A stretch of DNA of 64,000 nt from Macrostomum lignano. Lineage: Eukaryota. Shown in pieces: positions 1 through 13,000 of this stretch (its first letter is position 1; every line of letters starts with the position of its first letter). The stretch is from the NCBI GenBank assembly GCA_002269645.1, contig NIVC01000276.1, positions 62,001 through 126,000 on the forward strand, in the 5' to 3' direction. Position numbers and translations under genes: made by a program. Below the pieces are notes generated by a model. That model searched no databases. It was not told the origin of the DNA and saw only the letters and a program-made list of their open reading frames with translations.

Positions 1-85
1 GAGAATCATATTCTAGATCTTGTCCCTGGAGAATCATATTCTAGGTCTTGTCCATGGAGAATCATATTCTAGGTCCAGTCTATTC
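1..85. repeat. ~28-bp tandem repeat at the window edge
   Basis: GAGAATCATATTCTAG(A/G)TC seen three times. Confidence 0.7.
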
Positions 86-206
86 TGTACCCCAAGTCTA
101 GTCTAGTTTACACGGGCTTCGGGCGCTACCGCCAAATAAAGGCGACAGTTGACCCGCAGCCGAAGTAGAGAAGATCCCTCGAACTTAGCGCTGAAACGCG
201 GTTGGC

Positions 207-912
207 TTATGAAATCGCCTTTCTACGATTTACCTTCTGTTGGTTCGTCAGAATATCCTGCTGTACTTTGAGCTCGGTAACGCTGATGTTGTTCTTCAAC
301 GCCTTCACGGCGTTCGACCTGGCGATGGGCTCTAGTGTTTGCTGGTAGCGAGAGTCGTCGAAAGTGGGCTTGCCAAAAGTCTGCGGACTGCAGAAGGAAT
401 TTTTACATTACGTACATGCAAGTTATTGTAAAACCAAAATCGTTATTTCAGTGTATTAAAGCCTGCTGTACTACCTTCTGCGAGTCAGAGTTTCGTACAA
501 CTGATTAACCAAAGCAACTGCGGCATCCTCCTTGCAGTGAATCGTTCCCTCGATTATTTCTTCAGGAATGTTGAATTCGTGCCTTTTGAAGCACTCTTTC
601 AGTAAGTGCCAGTTTTTTAGTTTCGTTTCAATTGACTTTCCATTATAAAATGAATGCATTGTTATTTCGCTTGAGAAATACCAGTACAGTATTTCAGCCA
701 CGAGGTAGCCGTTCGAAAAATCCCTGAAACAAATCAAAAGATGTCCGGTGTAAAAGTAAATGCGTAAAAACTTTCTTTAAAGATTACCACGAAACGAAAC
801 AAACAACAAACATGACTAAAAGAACGTACCATTTAGGATTCTTAACTTGCCACGACAAGTCTAAACTCTGAAGCCACTTAACTACGTCCCTGCTCAGATT
901 TGTTGCTGGCAT
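207..912 (-). CDS. SPATA4: Spermatogenesis-associated protein 4-like (SPEF1/SPATA4 CH-like domain), spliced; 3' end uncertain
   Basis: Exons 912-830, 723-475, 387-234 join with GT-AG and matching phases: MPATNLSRDVVKWLQSLDLSWQVKNPKW|DFSNGYLVAEILYWY...KLKNWHLL...GTIHCKEDAA...LYETLTRR|SPQTFGKPTFDDSRYQQTLEPIARSNAVKALKNNISVTEL, matching the SPATA4 pattern (WLQxLDL, DFSNGxLxAEI, GTIHCK). An upstream in-frame ATG lies at 987. After 234 either read-through to TAA at 209-207 or a further exon. Confidence 0.85.
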
Positions 913-3199
913 GTTTATAGCATAACTCGCAAATACGGCATCGAAGAGATTCTTTTCTGGGGTCAACGATAAATTAGTTTCGTGCATTTCGAATTCAAAT
1001 GATTCTTGTAACTAGGCAAAGTAATACTTTTAACAAAGCAATGCCAAGCTAAAAGAATAATTTTGGATAATGCAGCAAATGCTATTTTACTATGCTTAAA
1101 TAGTTTTTATAAATGTTCGCTAGAGATATTTTTAAAGAAACAAGTTATATATTAGAAATGGTAACATTTTAAATTCACCCTTTTTCCAAGAACTCACAGA
1201 TTTTTTTCGAAAAAAGATGTAAAACCAGAAAAAACTAATAAGTCCACTCTATGCTAGCAGGATAGGATTTAGAAAACCATTAAAAAAATAATGAAATATT
1301 TTCACTTGGTATGGCTTTCTAATTTAACTAATTTAAACAAAACAGCTTCAATTCTTCTGAAATAAACCTCTACTCTAGGCCAGGCCATGGCCTGGCTAAT
1401 GTATGTAGGGCTTATATTTTATAATTATAAATATAATTATAATTAAATATAATATAATTATAATTATATATTTTATAATTATAAATATAAGCTAGTGCTT
1501 ATTTCATAAAAAGGACAGATTTCTATTAGTTCAAAGTTTTTGTGCTAACTTTTAGAATACTTTAATTATTTGCTACTAAAACTGTTTTTATTAAAAATAG
1601 TAAATACTCAACATATAGGGTTACAATATATATAGTCAGGAAAATCTTGGAATAATCTTGGAATATTTCAATGGAAATATTGAATAATCTAAGGACAATA
1701 ATACAGAGATCTGGAATTTTTGTTAATATTTGGGCTTTCCTTTTATATTTTATTGACTAAATCAAATGGTAAAGATACTAAATAAAGGTCAGTTTTTACT
1801 AGTCCCATCCTAGTATTATATGGGATTATTGTCACACTATTCAAGGCAAATTTATTGCAATACCAATCAATCAATCAAGCCTTAAAAAGTTATAAAGCCA
1901 AAGGAATGAAATGAAAAACAAAAAAGTAAAAAACTGAATCAACAAAACAAAAAAATACAAAAAATACAAGGGAAATTATTGAAAAAGGCTTTTTACATAA
2001 CTATACTATAGTGAGAATAAAGCCATGTTGCAAAAAACTCCTTATATAAATATAAATATATTGCACTTTTAAAGAAAACTAGTATACTAACCAATTAAAT
2101 TTAGGTTATATATATTAGTCTAAATCATTAGTCTAAAAAAGCATTCAGCATTAAGCAATAATAAGCATTAATAATTGTCTATATATTAGATTTTTTTTTT
2201 AGAATTTATAAGTGGTCCCTTTCAAATATTTTTTTAAATATCTAAATTGGGACATCCACATAACTGTGAATTTTATAAGTAGTTATATATTATAATAGTT
2301 ATATTAGAAATAGAAATTCTAAAAAGTTTAAATTTCTACAATTCAATGCCTAATAAATTCTATATTTAATTTAAGTTTGTAATCAGTATTAATCAATATT
2401 AAATTATAAATATATTTATAATTATAATGTTATTACTTTTGTGATGATGATATTTTAAATGCTTTAACTTTATTTCTTATAGTTATTAAAAGTATAGAAT
2501 CATAGAAAAGTTGCTTAGACCTAGTTAAAAGATAAATGATGTATATAAGATCAATCAAATCAATGAAAGTTTATAAAATTCAATTTATAGCATTTAATAT
2601 AAGTTTTTAGTCCTATTCAAATTATGTTTCTTTGAATATATGAGTATTTAGGCTATTTATCTTGATATAATATTAATAATAGTTCTATAATGATTATAAT
2701 TGACTATGAATTCACTATAAAATATACTTAAAACTTTTGCAAATATTGAAAAAGTTAAAATCAATTAATATATTTGGAGCTCTTGTGGTTGCTGCTTTGT
2801 TTCTCATAAAGGTAGAAAAAATCAATTTTTTTAATACAAAGCAACTTGGCAATTTATGTTCATTTTTGTCATTAAAGTATTTATTTGAATAGCTCAAGTA
2901 AAAAGCAAATCAATATTTCATAAAACTTCTCAATAATTTATAGAGCACCCATTATTATCCTTTTAGACCTATGATAATAGGGTAATAATTTATGCATAAT
3001 TATTTCAATATCCAATGTTTTGAAAAGCCTGTGGCACGAGGAACCTAGTGAACAATATTATTATATGCTGACGGTATTGACTTTCATGATATTATTTGAG
3101 GCAACTAATTAATATAGCAAAAAGGTGAATACAAAGAGATAGTGAATAAAAATGTTTTTTTAGCAACATAATGGGAGTTTAAATCTTGAGTGTTCAAGC

Positions 3200-3540
3200 T
3201 TTTTGTGAGGGCTCAGGGCATTTGCATTCCAGCTTTTCTTTGATAATTTTTACTAGTATTTTCATTACATCTCCATGTTCTTGAGTGATTAGGTAAAATA
3301 CTTATCCTCTGCAGTAAGGTTTTTAGTAAAATTTCTGAATTCTGAGTTTTCTAGTTCAAATTTATCATGGGCAGCACTGTGAAAGTTGCAACTGCACTTA
3401 AACAGGAAGTAAACTTCACTTTCTACTCCTACATACCACTTTAAGCGGTCCTATTCTCCTAAGGGATCTTTGATCTCGCAGTCCACATACTCGTAGATGC
3501 ATTGAGTCAAGGCAGACTTCTAGAAATTTGTCCCAATATT
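3200..3540 (-). pseudogene. Possible decayed ORF relic (mobile-element-like) in the AT-rich spacer
   Basis: About 110 codons in one minus frame read protein-like (SALTQCIYEYVDCEIKDPLGE*DRLKWYVGVESEVYFLFKCSCNFH...) with scattered stops; no family recognised. Confidence 0.3.
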
Positions 3541-4042
3541 GGCGAGTATCTGCTCTTAAGTCGTCCTAAACAATTGTTCTTAAAAATGTTTTTTTTTTAA
3601 CCTCAGTTCATGTCTTTAAAGAATTTTTTCGAAACTTCAACATTGGGGGAGAGTTAGAGAGGGGAGGGAGCAACATGGAATTCCAGCGCTTTAGTTGTCA
3701 GTTGATGTTATCTGCCGGCCATTTAGTTAAAAAAACTGTCTTGTAGGAAAACTGAATCTTAGCCCACACTGCGGTGCCAGAGCTCAGCTCATGTTGTTGC
3801 TAAATTCAATCAGCATTAGCTGATAAGGATTGCCAGATAAGCCAGATAAGGCCGCTGCCAGTATTTAAGTGCGCAGCGCTGCGCCAGAAAGCGCCAGCCC
3901 CGTTTTAAGACGCGATTTTTTCCTCAATTCAGATTTGCTCCGCACCGCGACTTGCTCGCTCGGTTCTCTTGCTGCACAGAGTCGGAGGCAGACGGGACTT
4001 TCTACAATAATTGACAAAGATTGTTTTGAATTGGCTCAAACA

Positions 4043-7000
4043 ATGAATGCCAACGGTTGGCCCGTAGACGAGCTGGTTGATCGGGGCTTGGCGAGCCACC
4101 TCGACTGCTCCCTGACCGGGTTCAGCAGCCTGGACCTGTCCTCCGCCAGCTTCAACATCGGACCGGCTTCTCCCGATTGTGGCAGCAGAGCTCTGCCAAC
4201 TGGCGCTGCCAGCGGCTCGCCCAGCTACTCCCTGTTGGAGCGGCAGCTCGGCCTCGGCTCTCTGGGGCAGGCCGACCTCTCGGCAGCGGCCAGTCGGGAT
4301 CCGCCGGCTGGAGGCGAGCGGCTGAAGTTCTCGCTGTCTGCCGGCACGTCGCCCGCTGTACGGATTAACGAGGAGCCGCTGACCTACTTGAACCAGGGTG
4401 AGCGCGACCGGTGTGGGCGCGGGTTCGCTTCCGTGTCTTTGACGGGGTTTGGGACTCGGGCTGTTTGGATTTCGGGACTTGGACTGTTTGGATTTTGGGA
4501 CTTGGACTGTATAGAATTCGGGACTTGGACTGTTTAGATTTCGGGACTTGAACTGTATGGAATTCGGGACTTAGCTCATTCGGGGGGGGGGCACTTTCAT
4601 TTAGGGCTTGTGCACGAAAATAAAATCGGCCTAAAGAGGGCCGACCCTCAAAGCACAGGGAGTGTACATGTCTGACGGATGGGCAGAGTTGCCTCAGCGC
4701 TGGTTGTGGGACCGTGTCGCCGAAAGCTTTGCGTCAGGGGGCCCCGCAGCCTCCCGGGACTTCTATTCGTTTTTCGGCCATTCAGAATTTGGGATTTCGT
4801 AGCAATGCGGCATTCGGAATTGGGATTTTATCCAGTTGCAAACAACTGCCATTTTCAGGGCCACTAAAGTGAGCCGCTTTTAAACCATTAAAAACTGATG
4901 ATTGGTTTTAAGCGGGCAGATTGCGATCGCTCTGAGTGACAGTTGGCTGACTTTTACTTTTTGGTTTCCCGTCTGCGCGCCACTTCAATGCAGGCCAGGC
5001 CTACGAGGTCAAGCTCACGTACTGCCCGCTACCGCAGGAGAAGCCCAGGCTGCTCCGGGTGAGTGAATTGGGAACTTGGGCGTGTGTGTGCTGCCGGCCC
5101 TGCTGGCACTGATAGTTGGGGAGACCTGTGATTAATATCATGCTGAGATTGAGATGACATTAGAGATAGAAATAGAGATGAGATTCAGATGCGACTGTGC
5201 TAAGATCAAGATGAGATATAGGTTGGGTGAGATTTAGATGAGATAGAGATAAGATTACGATCTCGTAAGATGAGGTTGATATGCAATAAATGAGATAGAG
5301 ATAAGATTGAGATACTTAGATTTATATGATATTGAGATGAAATGGATGAATTAGAGATGAGATAGATACGATTGAGATAAGATTGAGATGGGATCGAGAT
5401 GAGATTGAGATGAGATAGATAAGATAGAGAAGATTGAGATTAGATTGGGATGAGATTGGGATAATGTTGATGTGGGGTGAAATATAGATTCGTGTGATTT
5501 ATGATTTAGATGATTATGATATAGATTTATGTGAGATGAAATAGAGATTAGAGATTGAGATGTAGTTTAGGTAAGATGGAGAAGGCCTCGAGATGGGGTT
5601 GAGGTTTGGTTGAGATAAGATGAAGATGAAATGGAGCTGAGTTGAAGATGATATTGAGGTGAAACGGAGGTGAGGTGGATACGAGATTGGTGTGAGGTGA
5701 AGATTGGTGCGAGTTCAGTGTGATGCAGGGACTTTCTGAGTGGAACAGTGAGGTGAAACAACCGAAGCTGCTTGCTGCACAGGGAGATTTCCCGAGATTA
5801 GAGAAAGCGAGCGAGCGGTTCGCCAATAACGCGGCAATCCCTCAGAGCGTATTCCGGGTCAGCTTTCACGAGCGGCGAATGCAGTTCATGGAGAGGGAGC
5901 ACCTGGACTACTGGCGCCACAGCCGGCCTGGCGAGCGCATCCTGGACGCTGACGCTGCGCTGTCCTACGGCCTTCGCGATCTCCAAGCCTCTCAGGCGGA
6001 CATCAGCACTGTGGAGGCCGTCTGGGAGGGCGGTGGCGAGGGGTGGGTTGCGGTGATGGGGTTCTGGAGGTCCGCTGTGTGTTTGCTGGGTGTTTCAGTG
6101 AGGTCTGTTGTGTGTTTCAGTGGGTCTGCTGTGTGTTTCAGTGGGTCTGTTGTGTGTTTCAGTGAGGTCTGTTGTGTGTTTCAGTGAGGTCTGTTGTGTG
6201 TTTCAGTGGGGTCTGTTGTGTGTTTTAGTGGGGTCTGCTGTGTGTTTCAGTGGGGTCTGTTGTGTGTTTCAGTGGGGTCTGTTGTGTGTTTCAGTGGGGT
6301 CTGCTGTGTGTTTCAGTGGGGTCTGCTGTGTGTTTCAGTGGGTCTGTTGTGTGTTTCAGTGGGGTCTGTTGTGTGTTTCAGTGAGGTCTGTTGTGTGTTT
6401 CAGTGGGTCTGCTGTGTGTTTCAGTGGGTCTGTTGTGTGTTTCAGTGGGTCTGCTGTGTGTTTCAGTGGGTCTGTTGTGTGTTTCAGTGGGTCTGTTGTG
6501 TGTTTCAGTGGGTCTGTTTTGTGTTTCAGTGGAGTCTGTTGTGTCTTTCACTGTTTAAGGGTCCAGTCGTGTGTTTCAGGGGTCCAGTCTTATTTTAGGG
6601 GTCCAGTCGTGTGTTTCATGGGTCCAGTCATGTGTTTCAGTGAGGTCTGTTGTGTGTTTCAGTGAGGTCTGTTGTGTGTTTCAGTGAGGTCGGTTGTGTG
6701 TTTCAGTGAGGTCTGTTGTGTGTTTCAGTGGGTCTGCTGTGTGTTTCAGTTAGGTCTGTTGTGTGTTTCAGTGAGGTCTGTTGTGTGTTTCAGTGGGTCT
6801 GTTGTGTGTTTCAGTGGGTCTGTTGTGTGTTTCAGTGGGTCTGTTGTGTGTTTCAGTGGGTCTGCTGTGTGTTTCAGTGGGTCTGTTGTGTGTTTCAGTG
6901 GGTCTGTTGTGTGTTTCAGTGGGGTCTGTTGTGTTTCAGTGGGGTCTGTTGTGTTTCTGTGGGGTCTGTTGTGTTTCAGTGGGGTCTGCTGTGTGTTTGT

Positions 7001-10000
7001 TGTGTGTTTCAGTGAGGTCTGTTGTGTGTTTCAGTGGGTCTGCTGTGTGTTTCAGTGAGGTCGGTTGTGTGTTTCAGTGAGGTCGGTTGTGTGTTTCAGT
7101 GAGGTCTGTTGTGTGTTTCAGTGGGGTCTGTTGTGTGTTTCAGTGGGTCTGTTGTGTGTTTCAGTGGGTCTGCTGTGTGTTTCAGTGGGTCTGTTGTGTG
7201 TTTCAGTGGGGTCTGTTGTGTGTTTCAGTGGGGTCTGTTGTGTGTTTCAGTGGGGTCTGTTGTGTGTTTCAGTGAGGTCTGCTGTGTGTTTCAGTGGGTC
7301 TGTTGTGTGTTTCAGTTAGGTCTGTTGTGTGTTTCAGTGAGGTCTGTTGTGTGTTTCAGTGGGGTCTGTTGTGTGTTTTAGTGGGGTCTGCTGTGTGTTT
7401 CAGTGGGGTCTGCTGTGTGTTTCAGTGGGTCTGTTGTGTGTTTCAGTGGGGTCTGTTGTGTGTTTCAGTGGGGTCTGTTGTGTGTTTCAGTGGGGTCTGC
7501 TGTGTGTTTCAGTGGGGTCTGCTGTGTGTTTCAGTGGGTCTGTTGTGTGTTTCAGTGGGGTCTGTTGTGTGTTTCAGTGAGGTCTGTTGTGTGTTTCAGT
7601 GGGTCTGCTGTGTGTTTCAGTGGGTCTGTTGTGTGTTTCAGTGGGTCTGCTGTGTGTTTCAGTGGGTCTGTTGTGTGTTTCAGTGGGTCTGTTGTGTGTT
7701 TCAGTGGGTCTGTTTTGTGTTTCAGTGGAGTCTGTTGTGTCTTTCACTGTTTAAGGGTCCAGTCGTGTGTTTCAGGGGTCCAGTCTTATTTTAGGGGTCC
7801 AGTCGTGTGTTTCATGGGTCCAGTCATGTGTTTCAGTGAGGTCTGTTGTGTGTTTCAGTGAGGTCTGTTGTGTGTTTCAGTGAGGTCGGTTGTGTGTTTC
7901 AGTGAGGTCTGTTGTGTGTTTCAGTGGGTCTGCTGTGTGTTTCAGTTAGGTCTGTTGTGTGTTTCAGTGAGGTCTGTTGTGTGTTTCAGTGGGTCCGTTG
8001 TGTGTTTCAGTGGGTCTGTTGTGTGTTTCAGTGGGTCTGTTGTGTGTTTCAGTGGGTCTGCTGTGTGTTTCAGTGGGTCTGTTGTGTGTTTCAGTGGGTC
8101 TGTTGTGTGTTTCAGTGGGGTCTGTTGTGTTTCAGTGGGGTCTGTTGTGTTTCTGTGGGGTCTGTTGTGTTTCAATGGGGTCTGCTGTGTGTTTGTTGTG
8201 TGTTTCAGTGAGGTCTGTTGTGTGTTTCAGTGGGTCTGCTGTGTGTTTCAGTGAGGTCGGTTGTGTGTTTCAGTGAGGTCGGTTGTGTGCTTCAGTGAGG
8301 TCTGTTGTGTGTTTCAGTGGGGTCTGTTGTGTGTTTCAGTGGGTCTGTTGTGTGTTTCAGTGGGTCTGCTGTGTGTTTCAGTGGGTCTGTTGTGTGTTTC
8401 AGTGGGTCTGCTGTGTGTTTCAGTGGGTCTGTTGTGTGTTTCAGTGAGGTCTGTTGTGTGTTTCAGTGAGGTCTGTTGTGTGTTTCAGTGAGGTCTGTTG
8501 TGTGTTTCAGTGAGGTCTGTTGTGTGTTTCAGTGAGGTCTGTTGTGTGTTTCAGTGAGGTCTGTTGTGTGTTTCAGTTAGGTCTGTTGTGTGTTTCAGTT
8601 AGGTCTGTTGTGTGTTTCAGTGAGGTCTGTTGTGTGTTTCAGTGAGGTCTGTTGGGTGTTTCAGTGAGGTCTGTTGTGTGTTTCAGTGGGTCTGTTGTGT
8701 GTTTCAGTGGGTCTGCTGTGTGTTTCAGTGGGTCTGTTGGGTGTTTCAGTGGGGTCTGTTGTGTGTTTCAGTTAGGTCGGTTGTGTGTTTCAGTGAGGTC
8801 TGTTGTGTGTTTCAGTGGGTCTGTTGTGTGTTTCAGTGGGGTCTGTTGTGTTTCAGTGGGGTCTGTTGTGTTTCTGTGGGGTCTGTTGTGTTTCAGTGGG
8901 GTCTGCTGTGTGTTTGTTGTGTGTTTCAGTGAGGTCTGTTGTGTGTTTCAGTGGGTCTGCTGTGTGTTTCAGTGAGGTCGGTTGTGTGTTTCAGTGAGGT
9001 CGGTTGTGTGTTTCAGTGAGGTCTGTTGTGTGTTTCAGTGGGGTCTGTTGTGTGTTTCAGTGGGTCTGTTGTGTGTTTCAGTGGGTCTGCTGTGTGTTTC
9101 AGTGGGTCTGTTGTGTGTTTCAGTGGGGTCTGTTGTGTGTTTCAGTGGGGTCTGTTGTGTGTTTCAGTGGGGTCTGTTGTGTGTTTCAGTGAGGTCTGCT
9201 GTGTGTTTCAGTGGGTCTGTTGTGTGTTTCAGTTAGGTCTGTTGTGTGTTTCAGTGAGGTCTGTTGTGTGTTTCAGTGGGGTCTGTTGTGTGTTTTAGTG
9301 GGGTCTGCTGTGTGTTTCAGTGGGGTCTGCTGTGTGTTTCAGTGGGTCTGTTGTGTGTTTCAGTGGGGTCTGTTGTGTGTTTCAGTGGGGTCTGTTGTGT
9401 GTTTCAGTGGGGTCTGCTGTGTGTTTCAGTGGGGTCTGCTGTGTGTTTCAGTGGGTCTGTTGTGTGTTTCAGTGGGGTCTGTTGTGTGTTTCAGTGAGGT
9501 CTGTTGTGTGTTTCAGTGGGTCTGCTGTGTGTTTCAGTGGGTCTGTTGTGTGTTTCAGTGGGTCTGCTGTGTGTTTCAGTGGGTCTGTTGTGTGTTTCAG
9601 TGGGTCTGTTGTGTGTTTCAGTGGGTCTGTTTTGTGTTTCAGTGGAGTCTGTTGTGTCTTTCACTGTTTAAGGGTCCAGTCGTGTGTTTCAGGGGTCCAG
9701 TCTTATTTTAGGGGTCCAGTCGTGTGTTTCATGGGTCCAGTCATGTGTTTCAGTGAGGTCTGTTGTGTGTTTCAGTGAGGTCTGTTGTGTGTTTCAGTGA
9801 GGTCGGTTGTGTGTTTCAGTGAGGTCTGTTGTGTGTTTCAGTGGGTCTGCTGTGTGTTTCAGTTAGGTCTGTTGTGTGTTTCAGTGAGGTCTGTTGTGTG
9901 TTTCAGTGGGTCCGTTGTGTGTTTCAGTGGGTCTGTTGTGTGTTTCAGTGGGTCTGTTGTGTGTTTCAGTGGGTCCGTTGTGTGTTTCAGTGGGTCTGTT

Positions 10001-13000
10001 GTGTGTTTCAGTGGGTCTGTTGTGTGTTTCAGTGGGTCTGCTGTGTGTTTCAGTGGGTCTGTTGTGTGTTTCAGTGGGTCTGTTGTGTGTTTCAGTGGGG
10101 TCTGTTGTGTTTCAGTGGGGTCTGTTGTGTTTCTGTGGGGTCTGTTGTGTTTCAATGGGGTCTGCTGTGTGTTTGTTGTGTGTTTCAGTGAGGTCTGTTG
10201 TGTGTTTCAGTGGGTCTGCTGTGTGTTTCAGTGAGGTCGGTTGTGTGTTTCAGTGAGGTCGGTTGTGTGCTTCAGTGAGGTCTGTTGTGTGTTTCAGTGG
10301 GGTCTGTTGTGTGTTTCAGTGGGTCTGTTGTGTGTTTCAGTGGGTCTGCTGTGTGTTTCAGTGGGTCTGTTGTGTGTTTCAGTGGGTCTGCTGTGTGTTT
10401 CAGTGGGTCTGTTGTGTGTTTCAGTGAGGTCTGTTGTGTGTTTCAGTGAGGTCTGTTGTGTGTTTCAGTGAGGTCTGTTGTGTGTTTCAGTGAGGTCTGT
10501 TGTGTGTTTCAGTGAGGTCTGTTGTGTGTTTCAGTGAGGTCTGTTGTGTGTTTCAGTTAGGTCTGTTGTGTGTTTCAGTTAGGTCTGTTGTGTGTTTCAG
10601 TGAGGTCTGTTGTGTGTTTCAGTGAGGTCTGTTGGGTGTTTCAGTGAGGTCTGTTGCGTGTTTCAGTTAGGTCTGTTGTGTGTTTCAGTGAGGTCTGTTG
10701 TGTGTTTCAGTGAGGTCTGTTGGGTGTTTCAGTGGGGTCTGTTGTGTGTTTCAGTTAGGTCGGTTGTGTGTTTCAGTGAGGTCTGTTGTGTGTTTCAGTG
10801 AGGTCTGTTGTGTGTTTCAGTGGGGTCTGTTGTGTGTTTCAGTGAGGTCTGTTGTGTGTTTCAGTGAGGTCTGTTGTGTGTTTCAGTTAGGTCTGTTGTG
10901 TGTTTCAGTGAGGTCTGTTGTGTGTTTCAGTGGGTCTGTTGTGTGCTTCAGTGAGGTCGGTTGTGTGTTTCAGTGAGGTCGGTTGTGTGTTTCAGTGAGG
11001 TCTGTTGTGTGTTTCAGTGGGTCGGTTGTGTGTTTCAGTGGTGTCTGTTGTGTGTTTCAGTGGGGTCTGCTGTGTGTTTCAGGTGTCCAGTCGTGTGTTT
11101 CATTGGTCCAGTCGTGTGTTTCAGGGGTCCAGTCTTGTGTTTCAGGGGTCCAGTCTTGTGTTTCAGGGGTCCAGTCTTGTGTTTCAGGGGTCCAGTCGTG
11201 TGTTTCAGGGGTCCAGTCGTGTGTTTCAGGCAGTTTTCGATCGGTCGGATTTCTAACAATGATTTTGCCGTTTTTACTTCAGAAACGAATTTCAGGCGCT
11301 ATTTAATAAATCCCCAGTAACTCTGTGAATATTTTTGGCTTTATTTGACACATTATGGAAGGCCATCGGTCAGGTGCGCCATGATTCTGCAGCCGGCGCC
11401 GCCCCCCACTCCGCTCACCGCCAGCTCCGTGTCCGGCTCGGACTGCGGACTGTTTCTCCGTTTGCACTGCGTCAGCACCGAGTTTACCGCCAGAAAGCAC
11501 GGCGGCGAGAAGGGCGTCCCGTTCCGCCTGCAGATTGACACCTCCGACCAGGTCACCGGCGAGCACCTGTGCACCTGCGCAGCCCAGGTGAAAGTCTTCA
11601 AGCCCAAGGGCGCCGACAGGAAGCACAAAACTGACAGGGAGAAGATGGAGAGGCGCGGCGACCACGGCGGCAAGTATCAGACTCCGCTGCCCTACACGCC
11701 TTTCCTGACGGTGGCCGCGGCCGACTCCCTTGAGCAGCAGACTGCGGCGCCTCCGACAAAGCAGCTGAGACAGCAGGGACCCATCGCTATGTGAGCCAAC
11801 GGTTATTTCTGCCAATCTGCCAACCCAACTGCCAATCTGCCCATCCAACTGCCAATCTACTCATCAAACCACCAATCTTCTCATCAAACTACCAATCTAC
11901 CCATCAAACTACCAATCTACTTATCAAACTACCAATCTACCCATCCAACTACCAATCTACCCATCAAACTACCAATCTACTTATCAAAATACCTATCTAC
12001 CCATCCAACTACCAATCTACCCATCCAACTACCAATCTACCCATCAAACTACCAATCTACCCATCCAACTACCAATCTACCCATCCAACTACCAATCTAC
12101 CCATCCAACTACCAATCTACCCATCAAACTAACAATCTTCAAACGATCCCTCGCTCGCCAGCTCGACCACACTCGCCCCTGGCAGCCACCCGCCCAGCGG
12201 GCCGGGCCGTCCACGCGGCGTCATCGTCAGCAACGGCGCAGCGCCCAGCCCACCGCTGTCGGGTTCGACCGCCTCGCCGAGAAGTCCTCAGTTGGAGCCC
12301 ACGCCGCCGCCGCCGCCGCCGCCGCCGCTCCCGCCTCCGCCGCCGCCGCAGCCGCTGAGCCAAGCAGAGCCGTCGGTGACGGAACTGACCGCGAACTGCT
12401 CGCCCCGCCAGGTGGCCGACTGGCTGCGCCGCCAGCGGTTCAACACGCTGACTGGCGTCTTCAAGAACTTCTCCGGCTACGACCTGCTGCGGCTGTCCCG
12501 CAATGACTTGACCGAAATCTGCGGCGTGGGGGAGGGCATCCGCCTGGCCAACGCCATCCTGCAGCGCCCCTGCCGCTCCCGGCTCGTCTTCTTCGTCAGC
12601 CAGGAGACTGACAGCGGTGAGCTCATGGCCTGACTCCCCTGCACCTGACTCCCCTATGCCTGACACCCCGCCGCCTGACTCCCCTCCGCCTGACTATCCT
12701 CCGCCTGACTCCCCTCCGCCTGACTATCCTCCGCCTGACTCCCCTCCGCCTGACTCCCCTCCGCCTGACTCCCCTCCACCTGACTCCCCTCCGCCTGACT
12801 CCCCTGCGCCTGACCCCCCCCGCCGCCTGACTCCCCTCCGCCTGACTCCCCACAGCCTGACTCCCGTCCTGACTCCTCCCCGCCTGACTCCCCTCCTCCT
12901 GACTGCTTCCCGCCTGACTCCCCTTCTGACTCCTCCCCGCCTGACTCCCCTCCTGACTCCTCCCCGCCGACTCCCCTCTACCTGACTCCCCTCCGCCTGA

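Noticed and set aside
207-233. A fourth SPATA4 exon after the TTTCAG near 191
   Set aside because: In the required phase it reads CGC TAA immediately, and other phases lack support; left unresolved.
1379-1396. Perfect 18-bp palindrome GCCAGGCCATGGCCTGGC in AT-rich DNA
   Set aside because: Could be a transposon subterminal motif, but I found no partner end or TSD; too short to call.
6108-11320. Dozens of Cys/Val-rich ORFs (VVCFSG, CCVFQ)
   Set aside because: All frames of the TFCP2 intron 3 minisatellite; the CP2 domain is continuous across the intron.
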